Shown here: one piece after another, positions 39,279 through 52,711 of the stretch | Position numbering within the stretch: the stretch's first letter is position 1 | How the letters are laid out: each line of letters starts with the position of its first letter | From: Octopus vulgaris | Taxonomy: Eukaryota | Length of the DNA: 64,000 nt | Direction: 5' to 3' | Assembly (NCBI GenBank): GCA_951406725.2 | Contig: OX597836.1 | Location: forward strand, 33,356,001 to 33,420,000 | Program-made: the position numbers and the translations under genes | The notes under the pieces: model-generated | Seen by the model: the letters and a program-made list of their open reading frames with translations, nothing else | Databases searched by the model: none | What the model was told of the DNA's origin: nothing

Positions 39279-39620
39279 GGCGCAGGAGTGGCTGGTGTGG
39301 TAAAAAGCTGGCTTCCCAACCACATGGTTCCGGGTTCAGTCCCACTTCGTGGCACCTTGGGCAAGTGCCTTCTACTATAGCCTAGGGCCGACCAAAGCCC
39401 TGTGGGTGGATTTGGTAGACGGAAACTGAAAGAAGCCTGTCGTGTATACACACACACACACAGTGTCTGTTTGTTCCCTTCCTCATCACTTGACAACCGA
39501 TCTCGATGTGTTTATGTCCCCGTTACTTAACGGTTCGACAAAAGAGATCGAAAGAATAAACACTAAGCTTTAAAAAAAAGAAAGGCGGAGCCCCAGTATG
39601 GCCGCAGTCAAATTGACTAA
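39279..39620 (+). mobile_element. SINE family A
   Basis: Match to family blocks. Confidence 0.87.
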
Positions 39621-39856
39621 AATGACTTATTAAAGAAATAACTATATACACACACATATATAGAAACATCTATCTCTATGCATACACACACATATGTAAA
39701 GAGAGACGGACAAAACACACATATTGTGTATGTATGTATGTATATACACACACACACACACATATATATACAAACATTTAATCTGCATCTCTCTCACCCT
39801 CTCTTTCTTTCTCTGAATCTAAAATTATAGGTTTCAGGATTTTTTTTCTTTTTATA

Positions 39857-40119
39857 TTGGGCTGGTGCACAATTATTGCGGCTTTTTTCCAACAAATTTT
39901 ATTCAACGAAAAACAATAACAACATGTAACAAAAACATCTTTAAATGATTATTCCGGAGCATATTCACCATCTACTTCAATTACTGCTTCCCCTTTTGCT
40001 TGGCAGACGTTTAGACCGTCATTTAAAGATGCTTTTGTTGAATATTCTTATTGGTTTTGTTGAATAAAATTTGTTGAAAAAAACCACCAAAAAGCCGCAA
40101 TATTTATGCACCAACCCAA
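39857..40119 (-). mobile_element. Mariner-derived MITE with long inverted arms
   Basis: TA-TTGGGCTGGTGCAC..TTGCGGC / GCCGCAA..TGCACCAACCCAA; minus strand encodes LPSK/EAVIEVDGEYAPE-stop (mariner C-terminus). Confidence 0.85.
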
Positions 40120-40464
40120 TGTTATCCTTATTATTTATAAAATATTCTGGGGTCAAGTTTTATAATCGAAATCCTGACAGATAGCGAAGGTAGGGCAAAA
40201 ATGGAAGATATGCAAACAAGCCAACATCAGTTTTCGAGTGGTAGTAAGGGCTGCACACACGGCAGGCTTCTTTCAGTTTCCGTCTTTCAAATACACTTTT
40301 CAAACACGGCTTCTAAACTATAGTCATGCCTGCCCCTACACCTATCATCCAAAGTGCTCCAATGGTGACCCTTCCATCTTTTATTATTCAAATATAGCAA
40401 TTTATATTGAAGACTTAAAATTTATCTGATGTTCCCTTTCTGTTTTCTGTAAAAAAGATAATGA

Positions 40465-40916
40465 AATTTAAGGGACATTTGGCTGCTATTTCTAGCATGT
40501 TGAATGGCCATATAGAGGGTCATCTACTCTTCCTTTATCAATTAAAAGACACTACATTGAAAATTTGAGATTTGGTTGCTATTTTCAGCACGTCAAGCGA
40601 CCAGATAGAGGCTACTCTATATTTCCTTTTTTTCAATATGACACCATAGTAAGAATCTGAGGGAGATTTGGTTGCTATTTCCAGCATGTTGAGCGACCAC
40701 AGAGAGGCTCCTCTACCCTTATGTCAATGCAAAAAAAAAAAAAAAAAAACTTGCGAAATTTAAGGGCAATTTGGCAGCTATTTCCAGCATGTTGAGCGAC
40801 TACACAGAGGCTCCTCCTCTACCCTTCTTTTTCAATAAGACACTAAACTACAGTGAGAATTGAAGAAGAGATTTGGTTACTATTTCCAGCATGTCGAGCG
40901 ACCACATAGAAGCACC
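40465..40916 (-). repeat. Degenerate 5-copy array (~93-103-bp period) of the family E motif
   Basis: ATTTGGYTGCTATTT..AGCA.GTYRAGCGAC..AGAGG at 40477, 40570, 40666, 40769 and 40871. Confidence 0.8.
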
Positions 40917-41376
40917 TCTCTCTCTCTCAGTTGGATGGTGGTGAAAAAAAGGCAGTGTTGTTTTTAGTCGTGGTGGTCGTACGAGGATTAAGATTCTTTT
41001 TGCTCAGTAAGTAAGAGATGACGATGACGATGGCGGCGGTGGCGGTGGTCTGTTGCCATAGAAACATTTACAGGAACGTATTTCATAGAAGCACCAGCAT
41101 TCCAGTCTCTCAGTCTGTTGTCCTTTCTTCAACAGTCCCTGTTCGTTTCACCCTGGCCCGCCCCCCACTCCGCCAACTCTCTCTCTCTCTGTTCAGCTGT
41201 TAACATAACATACAACTTAATGACATATACATCATACACACACACACACACACGTACGACATACATGCTCTTGTGAGCGCGTGCGTACACATTTCTATAT
41301 TTACGCATGCATACATATATACATACATACATACACACACACATATATACACACACACATATATCTATATGTGTAT

Positions 41377-41409
<33 letters not shown>

Positions 41410-41614
41410 CATACATACATACATATATGTATATATATATATACATACATACATATATGTATATATATATATATATACATACATATATGTATATATATAC
41501 ATATATGTATATATATATATATACAAACATACATTATATGATTTTGATTTTTGATTTTTTTGATTTTTCCAGTTTCAGCTAATGAGCTGTACCATGCTGG
41601 GGCACAGCCATTTA

Positions 41615-41649
<35 letters not shown>

Positions 41650-41666
41650 TATATATACAAACATAC

Positions 41667-41714
<48 letters not shown>

Positions 41715-41737
41715 CATACATATATGTATATATTTCT

Positions 41738-41923
41738 TTTATTTGTTTCAGTCATTTGACTGCGGCCATGCTGGAGGACCGCCTTTAGTCAAACAAATCG
41801 ACCCCACGACTTATTTTTTCTGTAAGCCTAGTACTTATTCTATCGTTCTCTTTTGTCGAACCGCTAGGTGACGGGGACGTAAACACACCAACATCGGTTG
41901 TCAAACGATGGTGAGGGACACAG

Positions 41924-41961
<38 letters not shown>

Positions 41962-42112
41962 GACAAGCTTCTTTCAGTTTCGTCTATCAAATCCACGCGC
42001 AAGGCATTGGTCAGCCCAATGCTATAGTAGAAGACACTCGTCCAAGATGACATGCAGTGGAACTGAACCTGAGGCCATGTGGTTGGTAAGCAAGCTACTT
42101 ACCACACAGCCA
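41738..42112 (-). mobile_element. SINE family A
   Basis: Match to family blocks. Confidence 0.88.
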
Positions 42113-42134
42113 CACACACACACACACACATATA

Positions 42135-42470
42135 GGCAAGTTGGCAGAAACGTTTGCAAGCTGGGCGAAAGGCGTAGCCATATTTCATCTGCCGTTACGT
42201 TCTGAGTTCAAATTCCGCTGAAGTCGACTTTGCCTTTCATCCTTTCGGGGTCGATAAATTAAGTGCCACTTACGCACTGGGGTCGATATAATCGACTTAA
42301 TCCGTTTGTCTGTCCTTGTTTGTCCTATCTGTGTTTAGCCCCTTGTGGGTATTAAAGAAATAGGTATTTCATCTGTCTTTACATTCTAAGTTCAAATTCT
42401 GCCCAGGGTGACACTACTTTTCATCCTTTCGGGGCCGATAATTTAAGTACCAGTTGCGTACTGGGGTCGA
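42135..42470 (+). mobile_element. SINE family B with partial second unit
   Basis: Tail AAAGAAATA followed by GGTATTTCATCTG... Confidence 0.85.
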
Positions 42471-42850
42471 AAGGATTATTATTATAATCATTATTAGTAT
42501 ACCCACACACAGCAAGCTTCTTTGAGTTTCCATCTACCAAATCCACTCACAAGGTCTTAGTCTCTCCCATATTATAAAAGAAAAGAGACTTGTCCAAGGT
42601 GCCACGCAGTGGGACTGAACCTGGAGCCATGTGGTTGGGAAGCATGCTTCTTACCACAAAACTATTCGGAGTATCACCCTATTATGCTCATCCAATGGTT
42701 CTGGCTATCAGTCATAACTAATCCAGAGACCACTTGTTTTATCAAGCACATGTATGAACCTTCCTTCCAACTCACTGTCCCTATATCTATGTGGACCACT
42801 TAGGATTTGAACACTGGGAACTACAAGAGCTGACAAGACCACTAAACTGA

Positions 42851-43068
42851 CTTAATCTGATCATACGCAACAGGACAAGTTATCTTACATCAGGCATGGC
42901 CAACTTCTTCCAAGGGGTGGGCCATGTGAGGCATGGCTCATAATCACGCCGGTCATGCACTTAACCTGATCATACGCAACAGGACAAGTTATCTTACATC
43001 AGGCATGGCCAACTTCTTCCAAGGGGTGGGCCATGTGAGGCATGGCTCATAATCACGCCGGTCATGCA
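42851..43068 (+). repeat. 109-bp tandem duplication
   Basis: 42851-42959 versus 42960-43068; one mismatch seen. Confidence 0.92.
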
Positions 43069-43600
43069 TGCAATTAACAGAAATTTTGAAGTAATTTTTC
43101 TCTAGGCCTGCTATTCATAATGTCCTGCACCGTTGCAGATTTCCTACGCCTGATCTCTATAAAACACTGATAACTTCGTTGCTTGTTGCACAAGTGACCA
43201 TAGGATTTTTTTCCAGTTAACAAAATAGGCCACAGACAACTAACCATTTAGTTAATAGCAAATTATCTTGGGTTATTTATTGCAACGAGAGAGAGAGAGA
43301 GGGGGGGAAGAGAGCTCTAAATGTAAGATAGTTATGCCGAATTAATTAATGAAAAGTTTGTTCATGTCTCTCATTATTATTATTATCAGTATATAACGAA
43401 GTCAAAACATGATAAACATGAGAGAAAAAAAAAACAAAAAAAAACATTCGAGTCAATGTAATTAGCATTTTTCTTAAGTATAAATAGATTCACTCTCGGT
43501 TGACACATTTTTAGACATACATACACACACATATAGACAATCAATCATATAAACATACATGAACATGCATACACATACACACACACACACACATGCAAAT

Positions 43601-44006
43601 ACTCTTTTACTCGTTTCAGTCATTTGACTGCAGCCATTCTGGAGCACCACCTTTTTAGTCGAGTAAATCGATCCCTGGACTTATTCTTTGCCAGTCCCCA
43701 GTACTTATTCTATCGGTCTCTTTTTGCCGAACCGCTAAGTTACGGGGACGTAAACACACCAGCATCGGTTGTCAAGCGACGTTGGGGGGGGGGGACAAAC
43801 AGACACACAAACATATACACACACATACATACATATATATATATGATGGGCTTCTTTCAGTTTCCATCGACCAAATCCACTCACAAGGCTTTGGTCGGCC
43901 CGAAGCTATAGTAGAAGACACTTGCCCAAGGTGCCACACAGTGGGACTGAACCTGGAACCATGTGGTTGGTAAGCAAGCTACTTACCACACAGCCACTCC
44001 TACGCC
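43601..44006 (-). mobile_element. SINE family A
   Basis: Full length. Confidence 0.92.
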
Positions 44007-44286
44007 TATATATATATATATAAAGGCACACAGAGAATGCCACTAAACAGTGCAGACCAACTGAATAGTCTAAAAACAGAATATTATACATGATCCAATT
44101 GTGTGTGTGTGTGTGCATGCATGTAAAAAAAAAAAAATGAAAGGAACTGCATCAGTGAGTGAGTGTGTATGCATGCATACAAGCATGGAATTGTGAACGA
44201 TGCATGTCTGTGGGCTATATGCACAGGAGTGCATATGCGGGCATAAGTGACTCTGTATGTGTATCTTTCATACATGTGTGTGTATG

Positions 44287-44344
<58 letters not shown>

Positions 44345-44353
44345 CATACACAC

Positions 44354-44581
44354 AGCGGCGAGCTGGCAGAAACGTTAGCACGTCGGGCGAAATGCGTAGC
44401 CATATTTCGTCTGCCGTTAAGTGTTCTGGGTTCAAATTCCGCCGAGGTCGACTTTGCCTTTCATCCTTTCGGGGTCGATAAATTAAGTACCAGTTACGCA
44501 CTGGGGTCGATGCAATCGACTTAATCCCTTTGTCTGTCCTTGTTTGTCCCCTCTATGTTTAGCCTTGTGGGTAGTAAAGAA

Positions 44582-44584
<3 letters not shown>
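44354..44584 (+). mobile_element. SINE family B
   Basis: Full length. Confidence 0.92.
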
Positions 44585-44612
<28 letters not shown>

Positions 44613-44962
44613 CACACTCACATATATATATATATATATGTATTATGTATATCTTTAAATAGAGAAAAATCAATCAATATGAGGAATGATAAGGTTGATG
44701 GGAGGAGGGGGATGAGGGGGAGGAGAGAGAGAGAGAGTGAGAGAGAAAGAGAGAGTGAGAGAGGCAGAGAGCAAGTAACATCTTTGTTCGGAGACTGATT
44801 AAAGGCATTTGAAGGGATGATAAGGTGTATTTATGGAACAAGGAAATCAAAGAACCGAGTATTGAAATTCTACACGCAGTTCCAAATATAAATATACACT
44901 CGTCTTTCAGTTTCTATTTCATCCTTATATTACAGAATATATATATAATACACACACACATG

Positions 44963-45001
<39 letters not shown>

Positions 45002-45055
45002 ACATATGCATATATATATATATATATATATAAACATACACACATATGCCTATAA

Positions 45056-45086
<31 letters not shown>

Positions 45087-45296
45087 TGTATATACTTTTA
45101 TTCTTTTACTTGTTTCAGTCATTTGACTATGGCCATGCTGGAGCACCACCTTGATGAGATATAGATGAAGAAATCAACCCTAGGACTTATTCTTTTTAAA
45201 GCCTAGTACTTACTCTATTGGCCTTTTCTGCTGAACTCCTAAGCTGCGGGGATGTAAACATACCAACACTGTTTGTCAAGCAATGGTGGGGTGGCC

Positions 45297-45380
<84 letters not shown>

Positions 45381-45607
45381 AATAAAAATAATAATAATAT
45401 TAGGGAGTATAGCTCCAAACTTACAGGGAAAAATTCGATTTAGTAACACAAAAAAGAAAAAGAAAACAGATGCTGTTACTTTTCAAGAGTTGTCAACACA
45501 TTACAAGATTCCTCACAGTTTCCATCTAATTTTAGTTCCAAAGATGCCATGCAGTGGGATTGATCCTGAACCATACCTGCATAATTTTATACATAGATGC
45601 AAATGCA

Positions 45608-45643
<36 letters not shown>

Positions 45644-45754
45644 CCACAAGCATATACATGTCCATGTATACAAATGTTTTTATATAGAACCACAAAAATA
45701 GATGTTGGTATATGCGTTATTCATTATATATATATATATATATATACATGCCTT

Positions 45755-46157
45755 GGCGCAGGAGTGGCTGTGTGGTAAGTAGCTTGCTAACCAACCACAT
45801 GGTTCCGGGTTCAGTCCCACTGCGTGGCACCTTGGGCAAGTGTCTTCTGCTATAGCCCCGGGCCGACCAATGCCTTGTGAGTGGATTTGGTAGACGGAAA
45901 CTGAAAGAAGCCTGTCGTATATATGTATATATATATATGTATGTGTGTGTGTTTGTGTGTCTGTGTTTGTTCCCCTTGCATAGCTTGACAACCGATGCTG
46001 GTGTGTTTACGTCCCCATCACTTAGCGGTTCGGCAAAAAGAGACCAATAGAATAAGTACTGGGCTTACAAAAAGAATAAGTCCCGGGGTCGAGTTGCTCG
46101 ACTAAAGGCGGTGCTCCAGCATGGCCGCAGTCAAATGACTGAAACAAGTAAAAGAGT
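45755..46157 (+). mobile_element. SINE family A
   Basis: Full length. Confidence 0.92.
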
Positions 46158-46200
46158 AATACCTACATACATTCGTGTATATGTATATATATAAATATAA

Positions 46201-46257
<57 letters not shown>

Positions 46258-46342
46258 CATGCACATATTATGTATATATATACATACATACACATATGAT
46301 GTAAACAAATTCTGGAAGTGTCGAATGTGTTTTGTATTTTAC

Positions 46343-46576
46343 AAACGAAAAAGCAAATTTCAAAGGCAGGGTAGCCATGAAAACAACACAAAGATTGGGC
46401 ATTATTACCCTTATAAGATGGAAAAAGTTGTCAGCACATGGCTATGGGACTCGAACCCATACCCCTCAGAGTCCTGTGGCTGTTGGCTGATGACTATTTC
46501 CATCTTACAAGAGTAAAATACCCGATTTTTTTGCTGTTTCCATGGCTACACTACATTTGAAATCTACTTCCTTGTT
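46343..46576. mobile_element. Foldback element: ~90-bp imperfect inverted arms around a tRNA T-arm/B-box
   Basis: ATTTCAAA..GTAGCCATG..TAAGATGGAAA..TCAGC mirrored at 46486-46563; TATGGG-TTCGAGT-CCCATA on minus at 46443-46461. Confidence 0.6.
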
Positions 46577-46680
46577 GGTAATATATATATATACACACAC
46601 ACACATATATATACATACATACATACAGACACAAATTATATATAGGGATAGATATGTAAGCCCAAGAGTGTGTATGTACA

Positions 46681-46735
<55 letters not shown>

Positions 46736-46804
46736 AACATATACACATACATACACTATACAAACAGATATGCTCTCTTTCCCAGCTGTATATGTGTGTG
46801 TGTG

Positions 46805-46837
<33 letters not shown>

Positions 46838-47070
46838 TCACATTATTTCAGGGTCAGCTTAGTGTACTGAATAAAGTATTTTTGTGTGTATTTATCTTTA
46901 AAATAGACTTTTCATCAGACTTAATTAACAACCACAACAACAAAGAATAAGAAAAACAAATAGAAAAAAAAACAATTCCACTATAATAATATTAATAATG
47001 ATAATAATAATATTATCAATTTCTTTATATACAACAATAATTTCTCTAAATATGCTATTATAAAGTGTCA

Positions 47071-47105
<35 letters not shown>

Positions 47106-47327
47106 AGTGATGTATTTTATAATAATAATTTTAATAATAATGATGATGACAATAATAATAATAATAATAATCCATTCTACTGGAAGCACAAGTCCTCAGA
47201 TTTGGGGAAAGGGATTAAGTCAATTACATCGACCCCAGAGCGAAACTGGTACTTATTTAATTGACTCCAAAAGTATTTCACCTGGCATGCTAACGATTCT
47301 GCCAAGCTCGCCACCTAAGACAGTAAT

Positions 47328-47714
47328 ACTCTTTTACTCTCTTATACTCTTTTACTTGTTTCAGACATTTGACTGCGGCCATGCTGGAGTACTGCCTTTA
47401 GTCGAGCAAATCGACCCCAGGACTTATTCTATTGGTCTCTTTTGCCGAACCGCTAAGTTACGGAGAAATAAACACACCAGCACCGGTCGTCAAGCGATGT
47501 TGGGGAAAACAAACACAGACACACACATATATATATATACATACATATATACGATGGGCTTCTTTCAGTTTCCGTCTGCCAAATCCACTCACAAGGTTTT
47601 GGGCAGCCCGAGGATATAGTAGAAGACACTTGCCCAAGGTGCCATGCAGTGGGACTGAACCGGGAACCATGTGGTTGGGAAGCAAGCTACTTACCACACA
47701 GCCACTCCTGCGCC
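47328..47714 (-). mobile_element. SINE family A
   Basis: Both ends present. Confidence 0.9.
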
Positions 47715-47983
47715 TAATAATAATAGTAAACAGAATTTTTGGGGACAAATTCTCTGTCTAGACGCTGTTCCTATTGCCAAACTCCACCCATATCCAAGTA
47801 AGGTAATACATATGTTATGACCGGATATGTTTTCTGGGAAGATTGGAGATGAAGGACACCGCTTGTATAACGGGGACACTTGTTTACAACAATCAAGCGA
47901 TGTAAAAGACAGACAAACACACACATATAAATATAATGTTAAACACATATATATGTTATATATATGTCAACACACGTCAGCAC

Positions 47984-48023
<40 letters not shown>

Positions 48024-48192
48024 CAAGCATATGAATATAAACAATAATAACAAATTCTATTTTAAACACAAGGTCGTATAATCTCTTCTTTATTTATTAT
48101 TTGTTAATTACGTATTTATAGAAATAATTCCATATATTGTGTCATCTGTTTGGATATAATTTGTCACATTCAAATTTGGTTTTTGGAAAGTG

Positions 48193-48257
<65 letters not shown>

Positions 48258-48894
48258 ATGATGAGACTAGGTGAAATGCTAAGAAAAACAGAGAAAAATG
48301 AGGGAGTAAAATAGAAACACACACAAAAAAAGAAGAGTAAGATATAAAGTAAAGGAGAGAATTAGCGATAGAATAGGTAAGAAGGAATGAGCGAGAGAGA
48401 GAGAGAGAAAGAGTGAGTGAGTGCGAGAGAAGGAGTAATGGAAACCATTACATACATCTACCTTAACAGCAGGCTAACGATTACAGGAAGGTAGAACAGT
48501 AAAAGACTCATGGTGAAATAGTCAAGGCTAAGACCACCTGGGAGTACCTTGAGAAAGTGTCCACTGCTGTAGCCCCAAGCTAACCAACCAATGTCTTATG
48601 AATGAATTAGATAGATGGAAACTATGAATGCCAGTCACATGTGTGTATATGTATATGTGTGTGTGTGTGTATAGATATAAATATATATATATTTTTTTAT
48701 ATATACCTATATATATATATATATATACAATATATTATTTTAGTAATTTACTTAATCTTTACTTTTTAATTGTTATTTTAATTTTAACTTTTTCTATTTA
48801 TGTAATTTTCTAGATGGTGTAATTTAATTATTCATTTTGAATTGATAAAAGGCGGTTTTTTTTTCTAATATTATATATATATATATATATATAT

Positions 48895-49050
48895 CATCAT
48901 CGTTTAGCATCCGCTTTCCATGCTAGCATGGGTTGGAGGGGTCAACTGGGGTCTGTGAAGCTGGAAGGCTTCGTCAGGCCCAGTCAGATCTGGCAGTGTT
49001 TCTACGGCTGGATGCCCTTCCTAACGCCAACCACTCCGCGAGTGTAGTGA
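48895..49050 (-). mobile_element. Family D (GAT)n-tailed RTE-type non-autonomous element, 3' part
   Basis: GGTTGGCGTTAGGAAGGGCATCCAGC...CCAACCCATGCTAGCATGGAAAGCGGA...(GAT)n on minus. Confidence 0.8.
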
Positions 49051-49065
49051 TATGCAGATTGGCAA

Positions 49066-49455
49066 AGCTTTGGTTGTGTGGTAAGAAGCTTGTTTCCCAC
49101 AACCACGTGGTTCCGGGTTCAGTTCCACTGCGTGGCACCTTGGGCAAGTGTCTTCTACTATAGCCTTGGGATAACCAAAGCATTGTTAGTGGATTTGGTA
49201 GACGGAAACTGAAAGAAGCCTGTTGTATATACAACTGTATGTGTGTATATGACTTCATGTCTATATTGGTCACCCCCCACCATCCCTGCTTGACAACTGG
49301 TGTTGGTGTGTTTACGTTCCAGTAACTTAGCAGTTTACCAAAAGAGATCAACAGAATAAGTACTAGGTTTAAAAAGTAATTCCTGGGTTGATTTATTCAA
49401 CTAAAACCCTTCAAGGCAGTACTCCAGCATGGTCGCAGTCAAATGACAAACAAGC
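49066..49455 (+). mobile_element. SINE family A, diverged
   Basis: Match to family blocks. Confidence 0.85.
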
Positions 49456-49653
49456 GAGAGAGCAAAAGAATGTGTGTGTGTGTTGTTTTTATATGTGTAT
49501 ATCTATGTAAATATTGCAGTGGCAGGGACAAACTGACAAAATATCAGACTTCTTACTCCAGTTCTTTGCATTCCGAGTTCAAATCCTGAGGAAACCGATT
49601 TCACTTGTCATCCTCCTTGGGTTGATTTAACCAGTTGATACTTATATATACAT

Positions 49654-49902
49654 AGGTGCAGGTGTGGCTGTGTGGTAAGAAGCTTGCTTCCCATCCACAT
49701 GGATCCAGGTTCAGTCCCACTGCATGGTACCTCGGGCAAGTGTCTAATACTATAGCCTCGAGTCAACCAAAATCTTGAGTGGATTTGATAGATGGAAACT
49801 GAAAGAAGCTCATCGTGTGTGTGTTTGTGACTTAGCAGTTTGGTAAAAGAGACTGATAGAATAGAGTACTAGGCTTACAAAGAATAAATCCTGGGGTTGA
49901 TT
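49654..49902 (+). mobile_element. SINE family A, diverged
   Basis: Match to family blocks. Confidence 0.82.
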
Positions 49903-49957
49903 TGTACCATAATCATCTGAATCTAAATTTTGCTGAACTTATATATATATATATTCT

Positions 49958-50011
49958 AGCAAAAACTGTCTGATGAACGGCAACGAGAAACTCAGAGTAA
50001 CAGATTTTGCT
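49958..50011 (+). ncRNA. Type I hammerhead ribozyme motif in a short TA-flanked element (P5)
   Basis: Helix I AGCAAAAACTGT/ACAGATTTTGCT (11 of 12 pairs); CTGATGA 49970-49976; A-CG GCAA CG-A; GAAAC TCAGA GTA (49997-49999). Confidence 0.75.
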
Positions 50012-50270
50012 GAATTTTCCGCTGCCTTAAATAAAGTATATATATATATATATATATATATATGGAGAGAGAGAGAGAGAGAATGGAACAAAAATGCAAT
50101 AGAAGGCAATAAAAACATTTGGACAGATAGCCAATACAAAGGTGGACAAGAGAAACAGCAATTAGGAGAGACCAAAAAAGACGGGTCATTCTTGGCCTTC
50201 TTTCTTCAGTCAAGTACCATACGTCACGACCATTTCGGGCAATATATATTGTATATGTGTGTATGTATAG

Positions 50271-50326
<56 letters not shown>

Positions 50327-50450
50327 GGAATAAAAGTGAATGTATATAAACATGAAATACAGGTATGTGTGTGTGTGTAAGTACAGGTGTGTATAAATGT
50401 GAATTGTGTATGTGTATATATATATATGTATGTATATATGTATGTATATA

Positions 50451-50514
<64 letters not shown>

Positions 50515-51707
50515 AATGCAGAATAGAAGTGTATGTAAACATACATGAAATACAGATGTGTCTGTATGTGTGTGTGTGTATACACATATATATGTGAATG
50601 GAAAAATAGGGGGGTAAAAAAACAAGAAATACCTCACATTACTTCCTTATCTGTTAAATGTTAATTACTCATCCATAACCTGAGAGAGAGAGAGAGAGAG
50701 AGAGAGAATGGGGAGTGTTTCACTGTGTGTGTGTGTGTGTGTGGTAGCAGCATAGTGGGGGTGGGGCTGGTTAGAGAACCAAAATCCTGCCTTGGATAGA
50801 TATTCCTCGCGGAGTTGGGATGATGTGTGTTAATCTTATGCAAAGACAAAAGCTATGAAGATGATGATGATGACCGTTATGATGGTATATAAAGTGGGAT
50901 AAGGACGGTTTTTGGCTGCTATTTCTAGCAGGTCTGGCGTCTGTATAAAAGCTACAATCCTCTGCTCTGTTATTAATTCTCATATAACAAACATGTGTTC
51001 CACGATGGAGGGAATGAAGTATCTACTGAGACAGACCCAAGTATACAACTGGTACTTTATTCTTTGTTAACAGACCAAAGAAATATCCTTCTTTTATCTC
51101 TCACTCATTTCAGTTATTCGACTAAGGCCATGCTGGGGCATTGCTTTGAAAAATTTTCAGTCGACCCCAGTACTTTATTTTTTTTAAAGTCTCGTACTTA
51201 TTTTATTGATTTCTTTTGCCAGACTGCTAAGTTATGGGATCATAAACATGAGAATATAATCACTAAAAGAAAAAAAAAAAAAGGCTGCACACCAAAAACG
51301 TATTCAATACAACAAAGAGGACTTGTATGTAGTTGTTTCAAATGCTAAAAATAGCAGTCAAATCTCCCTTAAATGCGACTTTAAAAATACAGAAAAGAAA
51401 AACAAAAGATCACATTAAAAAATGTAGTCCTAGATAAATTTGGTCTAAAAATTAAAAAAATGGAAAGAGAGAGTCATAACTGGAATGTTTGATGAAATGT
51501 ATAAAAGCTCAAAACTGATCTGGGGCTAATTAAAAACATTATATCGTTATCACCATTAACAGTAATTGATCTACGAGCTAGAAATAGCAGCCAAATTTCC
51601 ACATACAAGTACAGCATTGATCACCAGGAATCTTTGGTCCCAAAGCCTTTCCTGGTCACTGGTTTTCCCAAACCAGAAGTCAACATACTGTAATTAAACT
51701 AAATATT

Positions 51708-52010
51708 GTTTGTTCCTTCTCGAGCCATGCCTGGCTCATTAGGGCCGGCTTCCTGGTTTCCTTGGCATATAGGTTCCCCACCTGGATGGGACGCCGGTCC
51801 GTCACAGGCGAGCTGGAAGATGCAGGAGGAAAGAGTGAGAGAAAGTTGTGGCGGAAAGAGTCAGCAGAGGTTCGCCATTACTTTCTGCCGGAGCCATGTG
51901 GAGCTTAGGTGTTTCACTCAGAAACATACACATCGCCCGGTCTGAGATTCAAACCCGCGATCTCTCAACCACGAGTCCGCTGATCTAACCACTAGGCCAT
52001 GTGCCTCCAC
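51708..52010 (-). mobile_element. SINE family C, tail type 3, with 16-bp TSD
   Basis: AATTAAACTAAATATT at 51692-51707 and 52011-52026; tRNA-like head with GGTTTGAATC. Confidence 0.88.
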
Positions 52011-52711
52011 AATTAAACTAAATATTAAATTTACTTAAGTGAAATAAAAGTATCTGTACATTGGTGTAAATTAGTGCAGATTATTAAAAGTTCCGGACCA
52101 TCAGGGTTCGGAAAGTTGTACTTATATAGTACACTAACAGCCTACGAACACTATTCTACCCAACTGTGCCCTCAGGGCCCACTAAGACACCCCCAATGCC
52201 ATTTTATCACTTTGCAGCACCTCTGGGTCATTTCTCCTTTCTCATTCTTTTCTTCTATGAAATTTAAGTAGCCATGCAGGAACCTGCTTTGATCACACAA
52301 CCAACCATCTTCTCTCATATTTTAGCACCTAGTTCTCATGCATGAAGCTGGCCGCCAAATGCATTCTGGACTCCAGTCCACCTCTGTCAGGGCTTGTAGT
52401 CCTGCAAACTGCACGGCAACCTCTGCTAGTGCTGGCAGCACCAAGAAACACCTGGTACACGCTGTAAAGTGTTTGGCGGGAGGAAGGGAAAAAACCATGC
52501 TAAAGCAATCCAAACAGTAGAGCAGGATACAGTCCTTGGCGCCATCAGATCCTGTAAAACCGTCCAACCCATGCCGGCATGGAGCATGGATGCTAAAAGA
52601 AGTTGATGATGGTATTAGTGGTGGTGGTGATGGTTATGGCTATGGCTATGATGATGATAGTGGTTATGATGAGAACGATGATAGTGAAGATGATGGTGGT
52701 GGTAATGGTAA

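Noticed and set aside
16260-46925. Other CTGANGA occurrences (16260, 22121, 23688, 46487, 46913 minus)
   Set aside because: No appropriately placed GAAA and closing helices, so not hammerheads.
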